DNA from: Candidatus Eiseniibacteriota bacterium
Lineage (GTDB): Bacteria > Eisenbacteria > RBG-16-71-46
Reading direction: 5' to 3'
Assembly: GCA_963744995.1 (NCBI GenBank)
Contig: CAVUWA010000002.1
Coordinates: 1,056,001-1,120,000 of the forward strand
Length of the DNA: 64,000 nt
This document shows, one piece after another, positions 47,178-56,839 of the stretch. Every line of letters begins with the position of its first letter. The first letter of the stretch is position 1. A program made the position numbers and the translations under genes. The notes under the pieces were generated by a model. The model saw nothing but the letters and a program-made list of their open reading frames with translations. It was not told where the DNA came from and searched no databases.

Positions 47178-48320
47178 ATGTTCGAACTCGACGTCGAACC
47201 CACGAATTCCGCCAAGCTCAAAGTCATCGGCTGCGGGGGCGCCGGCGGCAACGCCGTCAACCGCATGATCGGTGCCGGACTTCGTGGCGTGGAATTCATC
47301 GTAGCCAACACGGACATCCAGGCGCTGAACCAGTCGCTGGCGCCGACCCGCGTGCAGATCGGGATGAACTCCACGCGCGGCCTGGGCGCGGGAGGCGACC
47401 CTTCGCAGGGCCGCCGCGCCGCCGAGGAGGACGAGCAGGCGATCGCCGACACGCTCACCGACAGCGACATGGTGTTCATCACCGCCGGCCTGGGCGGCGG
47501 CACCGGCACCGGCTCGGCGCCGGTGGTCGCGAAGATCGCCCGCCAGTCGGGCGCGCTCACGGTCGCGGTGGTGACCAAGCCGTTCGTGTTCGAGGGCCGG
47601 CGCCGCATGCGCCAGGCCGAAGAGGGGCTCGCCGAGCTGCGCGGCGAGGTCGACACCCTGATCGTGATTCCCAACGAGCGCCTGCTGGCCGTGGTGGACC
47701 GCGGCACGTCGCTCTCGGACGCATTCTCGGTCTGCGACGAGGTGCTGCTCAAGGCCACCAAGGGCATCTCCGACCTGGTCACCGTGCCGGGCCTCGTCAA
47801 CCTCGACTTCGCCGACGTCAAGGCGGTGATGTCGAACCGCGGCAACGCCCTGATGGGCACCGGCCGCGCCACCGGCGACAACCGCGCGGTCGACGCCGCA
47901 CAGGCCGCGGTCTCGAGCCCGCTGCTCGAGGACGTGTCGATCGCCGGCGCCGAGGGCGTGCTGGTCAACATCACCGGCGGCCGCGACCTCACGCTGCACG
48001 AAGTCAACGAGGCGGCCGGCATCGTGGTCGGCGCCGCCGGCGACGAGGCCAACGTGATCTTCGGTTCGGTCATCGACCCGAACCTCGACGGCGAGATGGT
48101 GATCACGGTCATCGCGACCGGTTTCGGCCAGGCCGAGCCGCGCCTGCGCCTGATCGACCGCGCGCCGGCCGAGGACGGCGCGGCGGCGGAGAAGGATCTG
48201 CGCCACCCGCAGGGCTGGCGCCAGCGTGAAGAGCAGCGCGGCAGCCGCTGGAGCCGCAGCAACGGCACCCGCGGCGATTCCATGGACGTGCCGACGTTCC
48301 TGCGCAAGCAGATGGACTAG
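47178..48320 (+). CDS. ftsZ: Cell division protein FtsZ
   Basis: GGAGGNAVNRM, GGGTGTG tubulin signature, NLDFADV; C-terminal DVPTFLRKQMD. Confidence 0.98.
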   Translation: MFELDVEPTNSAKLKVIGCGGAGGNAVNRMIGAGLRGVEFIVANTDIQALNQSLAPTRVQIGMNSTRGLGAGGDPSQGRRAAEEDEQAIADTLTDSDMVFITAGLGGGTGTGSAPVVAKIARQSGALTVAVVTKPFVFEGRRRMRQAEEGLAELRGEVDTLIVIPNERLLAVVDRGTSLSDAFSVCDEVLLKATKGISDLVTVPGLVNLDFADVKAVMSNRGNALMGTGRATGDNRAVDAAQAAVSSPLLEDVSIAGAEGVLVNITGGRDLTLHEVNEAAGIVVGAAGDEANVIFGSVIDPNLDGEMVITVIATGFGQAEPRLRLIDRAPAEDGAAAEKDLRHPQGWRQREEQRGSRWSRSNGTRGDSMDVPTFLRKQMD

Positions 48321-48457
48321 GGGATGACTGAAAGCGCTCGGCGCAACGCAGCGAGCGGCGTTCACAGAGTCGGTCTGGCGCCGTAGCGACGAGCGGCCGG
48401 AAGACGCCGGCACACCCGCGCAGGTGGGGGCCGCGTTCCCGGACGAAAACCGGACGC

Positions 48458-48508
48458 CCCGGGCGTGCGGCGGACCGGAGTCCGCCGCAGCGTCGGGCCG
48501 CGCCCGGG
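48458..48508. repeat. Nested inverted repeat/hairpin just upstream of the TPR gene
   Basis: Perfect 10-bp stem TGCGGCGGAC(48466-75)/GTCCGCCGCA(48480-89), extended by CCCGGGCG/CGCCCGGG. Confidence 0.7.
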
Positions 48509-48517
48509 ATCCGCGCC

Positions 48518-50377
48518 ATGGAGGGCGCCCTGGGCATCTTCTCGACGCTGTTCAAGTGGGGGCACAACCGCCACTACACGCGCGGCATGACGCACTTCAA
48601 CCGCGGCGAGTTCGAGGCGGCGGTGGCGTGTTTCGAAGCCGCGCTCAAGGACGTCCGCGTCGCGGACGATCCGGATCGCTCGCTCGCCGCGTGCTATGCG
48701 GCCGAGGCCCGTGCGCAGATGGGGCTCGCCTGCTTCCACGCCGGCGACGACGCGCGCGCCGAGGCGGCGTTCTCGCGCGTGCTCGCGGAGACTCCTGCGT
48801 TCCCGGATCTGCGCTATTACCGCGCACGCATCCGGCACCGCTCGGGCCGTCTCGAGGAGGCGATCGAGGACCTCGAGATCGCGCTCGAGCAGCACCCGCG
48901 CTTCATGGATGCGTGGCTGCTGCTCGCCGTGTGCCGGGGCCTTTCGCATCAGCCGGGGCTCGCCGGGCAGGCGCTCACCGAGGCGCTCGCGCTCGGCCTC
49001 CAGCTGCCCGACTGGGCCGGCGCGGCGCGGATCCGCGAGTGGGGACTCACCGAGTGGGAGAGCCTGCTCGGCGCCGCGCCCGGGCCGGTGTCGCGGGGCC
49101 CGGCACCGTTCGAACGCGCGCTCGAACGCTACGACGCGGGCGACCTCGAAGGCGCCGCAGCGCTGCTGGCCGAGGCGGTGCGCGAGCGTCCGGCCTACGC
49201 CGATCTGCGCTGCCGGCTCGCGGGCGTGCTGCTCGAAGCGGGACGCGTCGAGGAGGCGCTGCCCGAGCTCGACCAGGCGCTGAAACTCAACCCGCGCTAC
49301 CTCGAGGCGCGGCTGCTGGCCGCGCGCGCGCATCTCGAGCGCGATCAGGCGGCGCTGGCGATCGAGCACGTGCGTGCGGCGCTGCTGGCGCATCCCGGCT
49401 ATCCGGATCTGCATTTCTGGCACGGTCTCGCGCTGTTCCGTGCCGGGCGCCTCGCCGAGGCGGCCGCGGCGCTGGAGCGCGCGGTCGGCTACAACCGTCA
49501 GTTCGCGCGCGCCCATCGCCTGCTCGGGCTCGTCCATCATGCGCTCGGCCGCCCCGAGGAGGCACTGCGGGCGCTGCGCCGCGGGATGACGCGCGATCGC
49601 GAGGTGCCGGAGATCGCGCTGGTCTCGGCGCCGCTGCTGGCCGCGCTCGGCGATCCGGCCGCGGCCGAGAGCGAGCTCGAACGCGCCGTGGCACGCTGTC
49701 CCGACTACCCGGATCTGCACGTCGCGCTCGCGCGTTGCCGCCAGGCGCGCGGCGATCTCGCCGGGGCGCGCACCGCGCTCGAGGCGGCCCTGCGCCTCAA
49801 GCCGCACTACGTGCGCGCGCGCTACGAGCTGGCGCGACTCGAGCTCGCCGACGGCCGTCCGGACTCGGCCGAGCAGCTGCTCGAACCGGTGGTGGCGGCG
49901 ATGCGCGACTGGGCCGACGCGCAGGCGCTGCTCGGCCGCGCGCGGATGCTGAAGGGCGATGCGCCGGGCGCCGAGACGGCGCTGCGCGCGGCGCTGCTCC
50001 TCAACCCGTCGTTCGGCTCGGCGCGCGCCGACCTGGGCTGGGCGCTGCTCGCGCAGGGCCGCACCGCGGAGGCCGACGAGGCGTTCGCGCGCGCGCTCGA
50101 GATCGATCCGCTGCACGCGCTGCCGCGCCAGCAGCTGGCATGGCGGGCGCTGCTCGCGCACCGGGGCAGCGGAGGGTGGCGGGAGCGTCGTGCCGCTGTT
50201 CGGGGAGCGGCGGGGAGCCGGACGTGGGCAACTCGGGGCCGTTCGATCGGGCAGCGGGGGACGGGTAGGGAGACCGGACCCGCGTGCCCGGTCCAAATGG
50301 ACTTTCCTGTTGACGGGTCCACTCGCTGCCCGGTGCGGACATCCCGGCGGTGCTCGAGCCGGGCCTGGACGCGCTGA
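48518..50377 (+). CDS. Tetratricopeptide-repeat protein
   Basis: About 12-13 TPRs with recurring (F/Y)(P/A)DL and P.Y..AR motifs. The last ~70 aa look non-TPR, so the 3' end is uncertain. Confidence 0.85.
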   Translation: MEGALGIFSTLFKWGHNRHYTRGMTHFNRGEFEAAVACFEAALKDVRVADDPDRSLAACYAAEARAQMGLACFHAGDDARAEAAFSRVLAETPAFPDLRYYRARIRHRSGRLEEAIEDLEIALEQHPRFMDAWLLLAVCRGLSHQPGLAGQALTEALALGLQLPDWAGAARIREWGLTEWESLLGAAPGPVSRGPAPFERALERYDAGDLEGAAALLAEAVRERPAYADLRCRLAGVLLEAGRVEEALPELDQALKLNPRYLEARLLAARAHLERDQAALAIEHVRAALLAHPGYPDLHFWHGLALFRAGRLAEAAAALERAVGYNRQFARAHRLLGLVHHALGRPEEALRALRRGMTRDREVPEIALVSAPLLAALGDPAAAESELERAVARCPDYPDLHVALARCRQARGDLAGARTALEAALRLKPHYVRARYELARLELADGRPDSAEQLLEPVVAAMRDWADAQALLGRARMLKGDAPGAETALRAALLLNPSFGSARADLGWALLAQGRTAEADEAFARALEIDPLHALPRQQLAWRALLAHRGSGGWRERRAAVRGAAGSRTWATRGRSIGQRGTGRETGPACPVQMDFPVDGSTRCPVRTSRRCSSRAWTR

Positions 50378-50700
50378 TCGCGAAGCTCGAAGCGCGCAAG
50401 TTCGCGGCGACCGACAGGCCGCGGACACAGGACAGCAAGCCTGCTCGCGGCCGCCACCTTCCGGCGGCCGTGAAGCGCGGGGTCCATAAGCGCGATCCCG
50501 GTCGATGCACGTTCATCATCGTGAACGGCCGACGCGGCGACGCGCAATCACGGCTCGAATACGATCACGTGATCCCGGTGGCGAAAGGTGGCCCGTCGAC
50601 GGCCGCGAACCTGTGCCTGCTGTGCCGCGCCCGCAATCAGCTCGAAGCCGAACGCGCGCTCGGCGAATGTTTCATGCATGAGATCCGGGCACGCCTGCCG
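50320..50700 (+). pseudogene. 5'-truncated, degenerate HNH endonuclease remnant
   Basis: HSLPGADIPAVL..RHLPAAVKRGV.KRD.GRCTF..LEYDHVIPVAKGG..NL.LLCRARN. In-frame TGA at 50311. Expected Cys and His replaced by Gly and Arg. Confidence 0.7.
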
Positions 50701-50784
50701 GCCGGCGGACCCGGTCGCGCCCGCGGCACGCGAACCGCTAAGCTGCGCGCCGGCAGACGCCGCGACCGGCGCGACGCCGCCACC

Positions 50785-52894
50785 ATGCCCATGACCTCGA
50801 AGCCGCCATCGAAAAGCACCGGGCGCCCGTCGCTCGACCCGACCTCCCGCCTCCAGTTCCTGCCGGGGGTGGGGCCGAAGCGCGCACTCCTGTTCGAGAA
50901 GCTCGAGCTCACCAGGGTCGAGCACCTGCTGCGCCACTACCCGCGCACCTACCTCGACGCGCGGCGCTTCGTCACGATCCGCGACCTCGAGCCGGGCGCG
51001 CTGATGACCGTGTCGGGGACCGTGAAGCATGCGGCCGCGCTGCGCACGCGCGGCGGGCGCACGGACTTCTCGATGACGCTCACCGACGGGACCGGGACGC
51101 TCGGGAGCGTACTTCTTCGGGCAGCCGTTTCTGGCCCGCACTCTCAGGCCCGGCACCGAGGTCGTGCTGAGCGGCGAGATCGACCCGCTCGAGCGTCGCA
51201 TGCTGAATCCCATGTTCGAAGTGCTGGAAGGCGAGGTGCAGGACCTGCTGCACGTCGGCCGGCTCGTGCCGGTGCATTCGCTCACGCGCGGGCTCACCGC
51301 GCGCGCGATGCGCGAGGCGGTGCGGCAGGCGCTGGTCGTGGCGGACGCTGTCGACGATCCCGTTCCGGCCGGGACCGCCGCGCGGCTCGGTCTCGCGCCG
51401 CTCGGCGAGGCGCTGCGCCAGATCCATTTTCCGGACGACGATGCGGCGCTCGCGGCGGCCAGGCGCCGGCTCGCCTTCGAAGAGCTGTTTCTGCTGCAAG
51501 CCGTGCTCGAGCTCCGGCGCCGGGTGCTCGCCGAGCACGGGCGCGGGCTGGTCACGGCGGGGAAGGGCGAGCTGGCCGCGAGGATTCGCAGGGCGCTGCC
51601 GTTCGAGCTCACCGAAGATCAGGCAGCGGCGCTCGAGGAAATCGTCGCCGACATGCGCGCCGGGCGGCCGATGCACCGCCTGCTGCTCGGCGACGTCGGC
51701 AGCGGCAAGACGGTGGTGGCGCTGCTCGCGGCCGCGCATGCGATCGAGCAGGGCCTGCAGGTCGCCTTCATGGCGCCCACCGAGATTCTCGCGCGCCAGC
51801 ACGCGGCGACACTCGAGCGCTTCGCCGCCGCGGCCGGCGTGCCCGTGGCGCTGCTCACCGGCGCGACCCCCGTCGCCGAGCGTCGTGGGTTGGCGGAACG
51901 CCTCGAGGCCGGCGAGCCGCTGCTCGCCGTCGGCACCCACGCACTCCTCGAAGAGAAGGTCAGAATGCCGGCGCTCGGGCTCGCGATCGTCGACGAGCAG
52001 CACCGCTTCGGCGTCAGGCAGCGCGCCTCGCTCGCGAAGAAAGGAGTGATCCCGGACGTGCTGGTGCTCACTGCGACGCCGATTCCGCGCACGCTCCAGC
52101 TCGCCTTCTTCGGCGATCTCGACTCGAGCCGGCTGCACGCACGTCCCGAGGGCCGCGGGCGCCTGGTCACGCGGGTGGCGGGCGAGGAGAAGTTTCACCG
52201 GATCGTGGAGTTCATGGCGAAGGAACTCGCCGAAGGCCGCCAGGCGTTCGTGGTGCTGCCGGTGATCGAGGAGGGCCGCGCCGAGATGCGCGCCGCGGAA
52301 TCGGAGTACCGCCGTCTGTCGGAGCACCCGCGGCTGTCGGGTTTCGAGATCGGGCTGCTGCACGGGCGCATGAAGGCGGCCGAAAAGCAGGCGGCGATGG
52401 AGGCGTTCGCCGCCGGAGAGACGCAGGTGCTGGTGACGACGACGGTGATCGAGGTCGGCGTGGACGTGCCCAACGCGACGCTGATGGTGGTCGAGAGCGC
52501 CGAGCGCTTCGGCCTGACCCAGCTGCATCAGCTGCGCGGGCGCGTCGGCCGCGGCGCGCACCGCTCGGTCTGCGTGCTCGTGCCCGGTGCGGGCGCGAAC
52601 GCGCAGAGCCTCGAGCGCCTGAACGTGCTCGCCCGCACCGCGGACGGGTTCGAGATCGCCGAGGAAGACCTGCGGCTGCGCGGCGCCGGGGAGTTGTGGG
52701 GGGTGCGGCAGAGCGGGCTGCCGCGGCTCAAGCTCGCCGACCTGCGCGACGAGTCGCTGCTCATCGAGGCGCGCGCCGCGGCGCGGGCGGTGGTGACGGA
52801 GGATCCGTATCTCACCCATCCCGCGCACGCCGCGCTCAGGGCCACGCTGCTCGCGGGCTTCCGCGATCCACTGGATCTCGCGCTCGCCGGCTGA
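50785..52894 (+). CDS. recG: ATP-dependent DNA helicase RecG, split by a frameshift near 51103-51105
   Basis: The N-terminal part (GVGPKRA..LLRHYPRTYLD) and the remainder (RRLAFEELF, GDVGSGKT, DEQHRFG, TATPIPRTL, QLHQLRGRVGRG) are in different frames. Confidence 0.9.
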
Positions 52895-52950
52895 GGCGCG
52901 CCCGCGGGCCGCGCCGGCACGGGTCGCGACCGCCGGAGCGGCGATGCGCC

Positions 52951-52993
52951 CCATGCGAAGCGGCCGGCTCCCGGGTGGGAACCGGCCGCATGG
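52951..52993. terminator. Hairpin between the convergent recG and cytochrome c genes
   Basis: GCGGCCGG-C-TCCC/GGGA-A-CCGGCCGC stem; no clear U-tract. Confidence 0.45.
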
Positions 52994-53017
52994 ACCCCGG
53001 AGATCGCCGGGACGCCG

Positions 53018-53578
53018 TTACTTCCCGTCATTCGCAGGCGGCGGCGGCACGTCCCACGCCGGCGGCGCCGGGAACGTCATGACCGCGCCGTCGTACTTCT
53101 CGCCCGGCGGGACCACGTCGGGGACGTGATGCGAGATGGGCGGCAGCGAACGCAGGTACGCGACGATCGCGTGCGCGTCGTCGTCGGTGAGGTGCGAGAA
53201 GCCCGCGTACGGCATGAACGGCGCGAGCATGCGGCCGTCCGGACGCTGGCCGGTGCGGATTGCGGTGACGATCTCGTCGTCGCTCCATTTGCCGAGCCCG
53301 GTCTCCGGATCCGGCGTCAGGTTGCGCGGGAACGCGACGCCCCACGGGCCCGTCCAGCCGAGTTCGCTGCCCGACAGCCGGCGGCTGAAGTCAGGCTGCC
53401 CATACAGGTTGCCGGGCGTGTGGCAGTCGTTGCATCCGGCGATCGTGACCAGATACTCGCCACGCTTCACCATGTCGGACGCGGGCTTCGCCGCCGGCTT
53501 GGAATATGACAGGCCGGCGAAGACGGCGGTCATGGCGAACAGTGCGACGAGTGCGGCGATGAAACGGGTCCAGCGCAT
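53018..53578 (-). CDS. Secreted mono-haem cytochrome c
   Basis: Signal peptide, RGEYLV..GCNDCHTP (CxxCH), GPWG..NLTPD.ETGLG.W, distal MP. Confidence 0.9.
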   Translation of the reverse strand: MRWTRFIAALVALFAMTAVFAGLSYSKPAAKPASDMVKRGEYLVTIAGCNDCHTPGNLYGQPDFSRRLSGSELGWTGPWGVAFPRNLTPDPETGLGKWSDDEIVTAIRTGQRPDGRMLAPFMPYAGFSHLTDDDAHAIVAYLRSLPPISHHVPDVVPPGEKYDGAVMTFPAPPAWDVPPPPANDGK

Positions 53579-53718
53579 CGGTTACCTCTCGGATTCGACG
53601 AGGGTGGAAACGAGGGGGAAAGTGGTCCGGCCCGCACAGGCGAACCTGCACGCGAGCCGGCAACTCGGAGAATCGCACGCCGGCGCGCACCGCGCGAGAT
53701 CTAAAATCGCGAATCGAG

Positions 53719-53746
53719 TTGCATCGCGCGGCGCATGCGTCACAAT
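53719..53746 (+). promoter_or_regulatory. Putative sigma70 promoter (leaderless geometry)
   Basis: TTGCAT-N16-CACAAT, ending 7 nt before ATG 53754; no SD. Confidence 0.45.
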
Positions 53747-53753
53747 CGGCCCC

Positions 53754-54281
53754 ATGAACGAACCCGGTCGTACCGTCGCCTGTCCGTTCTGCGCGTCGCG
53801 CTACTTTCTGCCCGCAGCGCTCATGGGATCCGGTGGCGCGCGCATCCGCTGTCCGAACTGCGAGCGAACCTTTGTCGTTCCGTCGAGCGAAGTCGAGGCG
53901 GCGGACGAAGCGATGCAGAAGAGCGCGCCGCTCGAAGACGCGCCTTCCGCCATGGCGGAGGACCATCCGGCGTCGCCGCCGCACGTGCGGGATCCGGAGC
54001 CGTCCCCTGCGGCGCCGCACGACGAGGCCGTCGGCGCACCGGCCGAGGCGCCGGCTCCGGCCGAACGCGCGACGCGGATGCTCGATATGCTGGCCGGGCG
54101 ACACGGTGAGGCGTTGCATGCGGCTGCGCGCGAAGGGCGGCTGTTCGCGGCGTACGGCCCGGAGATCCTCGAGCTCTTCGAGGCGTGGCGGAAGGACGCG
54201 GGGCGTGACGCGGATTCGGCGATCTTCCGCGAAGCGCTGCGTGAGCGCTGGGGCGTCGACCTGGAGCCGGGCGGAGACTGA
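53754..54281 (+). CDS. MJ0042-family zinc-ribbon protein
   Basis: CPFC-x19-CPNC at the N-terminus, Pro/Ala/Glu linker, small helical C-terminal domain. Confidence 0.78.
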   Translation: MNEPGRTVACPFCASRYFLPAALMGSGGARIRCPNCERTFVVPSSEVEAADEAMQKSAPLEDAPSAMAEDHPASPPHVRDPEPSPAAPHDEAVGAPAEAPAPAERATRMLDMLAGRHGEALHAAAREGRLFAAYGPEILELFEAWRKDAGRDADSAIFREALRERWGVDLEPGGD

Positions 54282-54312
54282 CCCGGCCGGTGTCGGCGGA
54301 CGCCGCACCGGT

Positions 54313-54334
54313 CCCGGGCCGCGCGCGGCCCGGG
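54313..54334. repeat. 22-nt perfect palindrome between convergent genes (possible bidirectional terminator)
   Basis: CCCGGGCCGCGCGCGGCCCGGG. Confidence 0.55.
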
Positions 54335-54339
54335 CGGGT

Positions 54340-55674
54340 TCAGAACGCGGTCGGATCCGCCGGCGTGGGGGCCCCCTCGCCGGGCACCGCCGGCACGTCG
54401 GTGCCGCGGCCGTAGAGCACGGTGAGGATGCCCGCGATCGCGACCAGCACGGCGCTCGTCAGGATCGCGTTGCGCGTGCCCCAGCCGTTGGTCAGCCACG
54501 CGGCGAGCGTGCCCGAGATGAACAGCAGCAGACGCATCATGAAGTCGCGGGCGCTGAACACGCGGCCGCGCTGGCGTGCCGAGGTGCCGGTCTGCAGCAG
54601 CGTCTCGCTGAGCACGAACGCCGGGGCGGCGGCGAGCCCGATGATGAACGCCGATATCGCGAACACCGCGAAGCGGGTGGAGACCGCGAACGAGATCAGG
54701 CCGACGCCGACCAGCAGCAATCCCGAGCCGAGCAGCACCGAAGCCCGAACGTTGCGGCCGTAGGTATTCACCCACCAGGTGCCAAGTCCGGCGCCGACGC
54801 CGAGCACGGTGATCAGGATCCCGACGCGTTCCATGCCGGGAACGCTCGCCGCGTGCTGGATGTGCTGGTTGCCGGCGACGTGCAGGAAGCCGCCGCCGAC
54901 CCACACGGCCCCGAGCGCGATCAGCGCCACGCCGACCGGCCGGCTCGAGCGAACCAGCGCCCAGCCCTCCTTCACCTCGCGCATGTAGCGACCGACCGAG
55001 ACGTCGGGCTGCGGCTCCACGGGCGCATGGCGATGGCGATAGGCGACGAGTGCGAGTGCGATCACCGAGACGGCGTACGTGAAGGCGTTGATGTAGAGCG
55101 CCGTGCCCCAGCCCCAGTGGTCCACCACCCAGCCGCCGAGCGGCGCGCCGATCGCGGTGGAAGCGATCCCGGCGCCCGCGAGCAGCGCGTTGGCGGTCAG
55201 CAGTTGCGAACGCGGCACGATCTCCGGCGTGATCGCGCTTTTCGCCGGCAGGAAGACGACGTTGCAGGTGAACAGCAGGAACACCAGCAGATATACCGGG
55301 AACGTGAGGTGCGTCGTCACGTACAGCACCGGGATCAGCGCGACCAGCACACCACGCAGCGTGTCCGAGGCGATCAGCACGCGCTTCAGATTCGTGCGGT
55401 CCACCCAGGCGCCGGTGAACGGCGCGAACAGCAGCACGGGCGCGAGCATCACGTTGCCGAGCATCCACAGCAGCCACGACGAGCGCTCGTCGGAGAAGTG
55501 CGACGAGTGTTCGGCGAGCAGGCCGATCAGCGCCAGGTAGGTGAGCCGCTCGCCGAGAATCGACACCAGCTGGCCCCACCAGAGTGCGGCGAAGTTGCGC
55601 TGGGCGAGGAGCGGGGGGGGTGGCTCCGCCGCGCCGGGCGTGGCGCCTGCGCCCCCCGCGGCCTCGTCGGTCAT
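54340..55674 (-). CDS. MFS transporter (DHA3/MFS_3-like)
   Basis: FAALWWGQLVSILGE, motif A GAWVDRTNLKR, QRGRVF; 12 TM helices. Confidence 0.88.
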   Translation of the reverse strand: MTDEAAGGAGATPGAAEPPPPLLAQRNFAALWWGQLVSILGERLTYLALIGLLAEHSSHFSDERSSWLLWMLGNVMLAPVLLFAPFTGAWVDRTNLKRVLIASDTLRGVLVALIPVLYVTTHLTFPVYLLVFLLFTCNVVFLPAKSAITPEIVPRSQLLTANALLAGAGIASTAIGAPLGGWVVDHWGWGTALYINAFTYAVSVIALALVAYRHRHAPVEPQPDVSVGRYMREVKEGWALVRSSRPVGVALIALGAVWVGGGFLHVAGNQHIQHAASVPGMERVGILITVLGVGAGLGTWWVNTYGRNVRASVLLGSGLLLVGVGLISFAVSTRFAVFAISAFIIGLAAAPAFVLSETLLQTGTSARQRGRVFSARDFMMRLLLFISGTLAAWLTNGWGTRNAILTSAVLVAIAGILTVLYGRGTDVPAVPGEGAPTPADPTAF

Positions 55675-55678
55675 CGAA

Positions 55679-56839
55679 CTACGCGGCGCTGATGCGACGC
55701 GGGCGCGGTACGGCGTGCCCCCTGGTGCCGAGCACGTGGCGGTAGAGCGCTTCGATCCGCTCGACCACCGACGGCCACGCGAACGCCTGCGCGCGCTGAC
55801 GGCCACGGCCGCCCAGCAGCAGCCGGCGCTCCGGATCGTCCACCAGCTGCAGGATGGCGCGCTCCAGCGAGGCGACGTCGTTGGGCCTGCACACGACCCC
55901 GTTCACGTCGGGATCGATGACGGTGCGATAGCCGGGGATGTCCGAGGCCACGACCGCGCGCGCGGTGGCCATCGCCTCCACCAGCACGATGCCGAAGCTC
56001 TCCTGCCCGTAGGCGGGCGAAACGAAGATGTCGCCGGTCGCGTACCAGCGCGGCAGCTCGGCGCTCGGCACGTGGCCGAGGAAGTGCACGTGCGGCCGCA
56101 CCCATGAGGGCACCGAGGCTTCGAAGCGCGAGCGCAGGTAGGAGTCGCCGACCACCAGCAGCCGCGCGCGTCCTTTCGTGCGCTTCACGATCCCGGGCAT
56201 CGCCGCGAGCAGCAGATGCACTCCCTTGCGCGGATCGAGGCGCCCCACGAACAGCAGGTTCACCTTGTCCGGATCCATCCACTGCTCGAACGGCTGCACC
56301 TGGGGATGGAAGCGGGAAATGTCGACGCCGTTCGGGATCACCTCGTAGGCGCCCGGGAACATCTGGGAGGCGTAGTCGCGCGCCGTCACCGACACCGCGA
56401 TCTTGGCATCGAGCCGCTCCATCACCGGCCGTTGCGTACGCGCGAGCCAGTTGAGGAAGCGGTTCGGGTTGCCGGTCGTGTGGAACGTGCCGACCTGCGG
56501 GCACTGGCTCTCGAGCACGGCGAACATCGGCAGCGTCGGCACCAGCGGAGCGTGGGTGTGCAGCACGTCGAACGCGTGGTCGCGGAACAGGCGCCGGAGC
56601 TGGCCGCGCAGGCGGAAGCCGACGGCGAGGTCCACGAACGCGCCGTTGAAGGGGATCATCACGTTGTACCCGATCCGCTCGACGCCTTCGCGGTAATGAT
56701 TCTCACCGCGGCGGAAATGGCTGGTGATGATCGTGACGTCGTGACCGCGGCGGCGCAGCTCCATGGCCTTGGCATGGACGTGCTCGGTCACGCCGCCGTA
56801 ACGCGGGTAGTAGGACTGGGTGACGATGCCGATCTTCAA
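55679..56839 (-). CDS. GT4 glycosyltransferase, PimA (phosphatidylinositol mannosyltransferase)-like
   Basis: KIGIV..YGGVTEHV, IPFNG, GTFH, IAVS, GRLDPRKG, GQESFGIVLVEAMA. TTGA overlap. Confidence 0.8.
   Translation of the reverse strand: MKIGIVTQSYYPRYGGVTEHVHAKAMELRRRGHDVTIITSHFRRGENHYREGVERIGYNVMIPFNGAFVDLAVGFRLRGQLRRLFRDHAFDVLHTHAPLVPTLPMFAVLESQCPQVGTFHTTGNPNRFLNWLARTQRPVMERLDAKIAVSVTARDYASQMFPGAYEVIPNGVDISRFHPQVQPFEQWMDPDKVNLLFVGRLDPRKGVHLLLAAMPGIVKRTKGRARLLVVGDSYLRSRFEASVPSWVRPHVHFLGHVPSAELPRWYATGDIFVSPAYGQESFGIVLVEAMATARAVVASDIPGYRTVIDPDVNGVVCRPNDVASLERAILQLVDDPERRLLLGGRGRQRAQAFAWPSVVERIEALYRHVLGTRGHAVPRPRRISAA

Noticed and set aside
50350..53082. 910-aa ORF as a Cas9/IscB-like or HNH-helicase defence protein
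   Set aside because: It is an HNH relic plus the RecG N-terminus plus out-of-frame sequence after the frameshift. There are no RuvC motifs, array or cas genes.
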